A stretch of 56,032 nt of DNA, from positions 1-56,032 of the forward strand of contig JBGCVQ010000116.1 of NCBI GenBank assembly GCA_045888315.1, read 5' to 3'. The position numbers were made by a program, and so were the translations under genes. The notes beneath the pieces were generated by a model. It saw nothing but the letters and a program-made list of their open reading frames with translations. It ran no database searches and had not been told where the DNA came from. Every line of letters begins with the position of its first letter. The first letter of the stretch is position 1. This DNA comes from Anaerolineales bacterium. Its GTDB lineage: Bacteria > Chloroflexota > Anaerolineae > Anaerolineales > UBA11858. Shown one piece after another: positions 55,785 through 56,032 of this stretch.

Positions 55785-56032
55785 TTATGGACTGACTGTG
55801 TCTGAAGGGACTGGTGTTGCGGATGGTGTCGGGGTGGTCGTCTTCGTTGTCGATGCGGTGGTGGCTGTGGGAGAGGTGCTGTCGCTCACCAGGATCATGA
55901 CATAGAAACTGTCCCCGAAAAAGCTGCCGGAATCTGTCGCCATGCGCCAGTTGCCGGTGTACGCTCCAACGGTCGTAGGAGCGGTCATCTCGATCGAGAT
56001 ATCGACCTGCTTGCCGGGTTCGATCGCCTTGG
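55785..56032 (-). CDS. C-terminal fragment of an NBR1-type Ig-like-domain protein with a Thr/Pro tail; 5' end runs off the window
   Basis: PGKQVDISIEMTAP..VGAYTGNWRM..DSG..FG..FYV pattern followed by a T/P-rich tail. Confidence 0.65.
   Translation of the reverse strand, partial: KAIEPGKQVDISIEMTAPTTVGAYTGNWRMATDSGSFFGDSFYVMILVSDSTSPTATTASTTKTTTPTPSATPVPSDTVSP

Overview
56 kb of bacterial chromosome, most likely Chloroflexota/Anaerolineae. That assignment is inferred from gene content (two YYY-motif/DUF2298 membrane proteins, isopentenyl-phosphate kinase plus mevalonate kinase, an NBR1-type Ig-like domain), not from a search. In order: (1) minus-strand isoprenoid/membrane block (partial dynamin-like GTPase, IPK, MenA-like, MVK, DPPR-synthase-like UbiA); (2) tlyA and lepA, then a ~15 kb putative surface-glycosylation cluster (flippase-like protein, NDP-sugar epimerase, GT4, methyltransferase, four GT-C-like membrane proteins), cmk, plsC and a large sensor kinase; (3) rpoC without rpoB, behind its own consensus promoter and a ~295-nt structured leader, then a GyrA/ParC-type subunit without a recognisable GyrA-box; (4) a glycoside hydrolase-like/SnoaL fusion, an LCP protein, a degenerate histidine kinase, tRNA-Leu(CAG), an FtsB-like gene and tRNA-fMet; (5) accessory genes (gluconokinase, two Hsp20s, carotenoid-tailoring-like genes, GH2 beta-galactosidase, a stand-alone Rab/Roc-like GTPase, mhq-like dioxygenase/esterase, SDR, Lnt-like). 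I saw no mobile elements or CRISPR arrays. The strongest candidates for novelty are the GT-C/YYY glycosylation system with a possible polyprenyl-phospho-pentose donor, the eukaryote-like small GTPase and the rpoC leader. All functional calls come from motif recognition by eye; no database searches were run.
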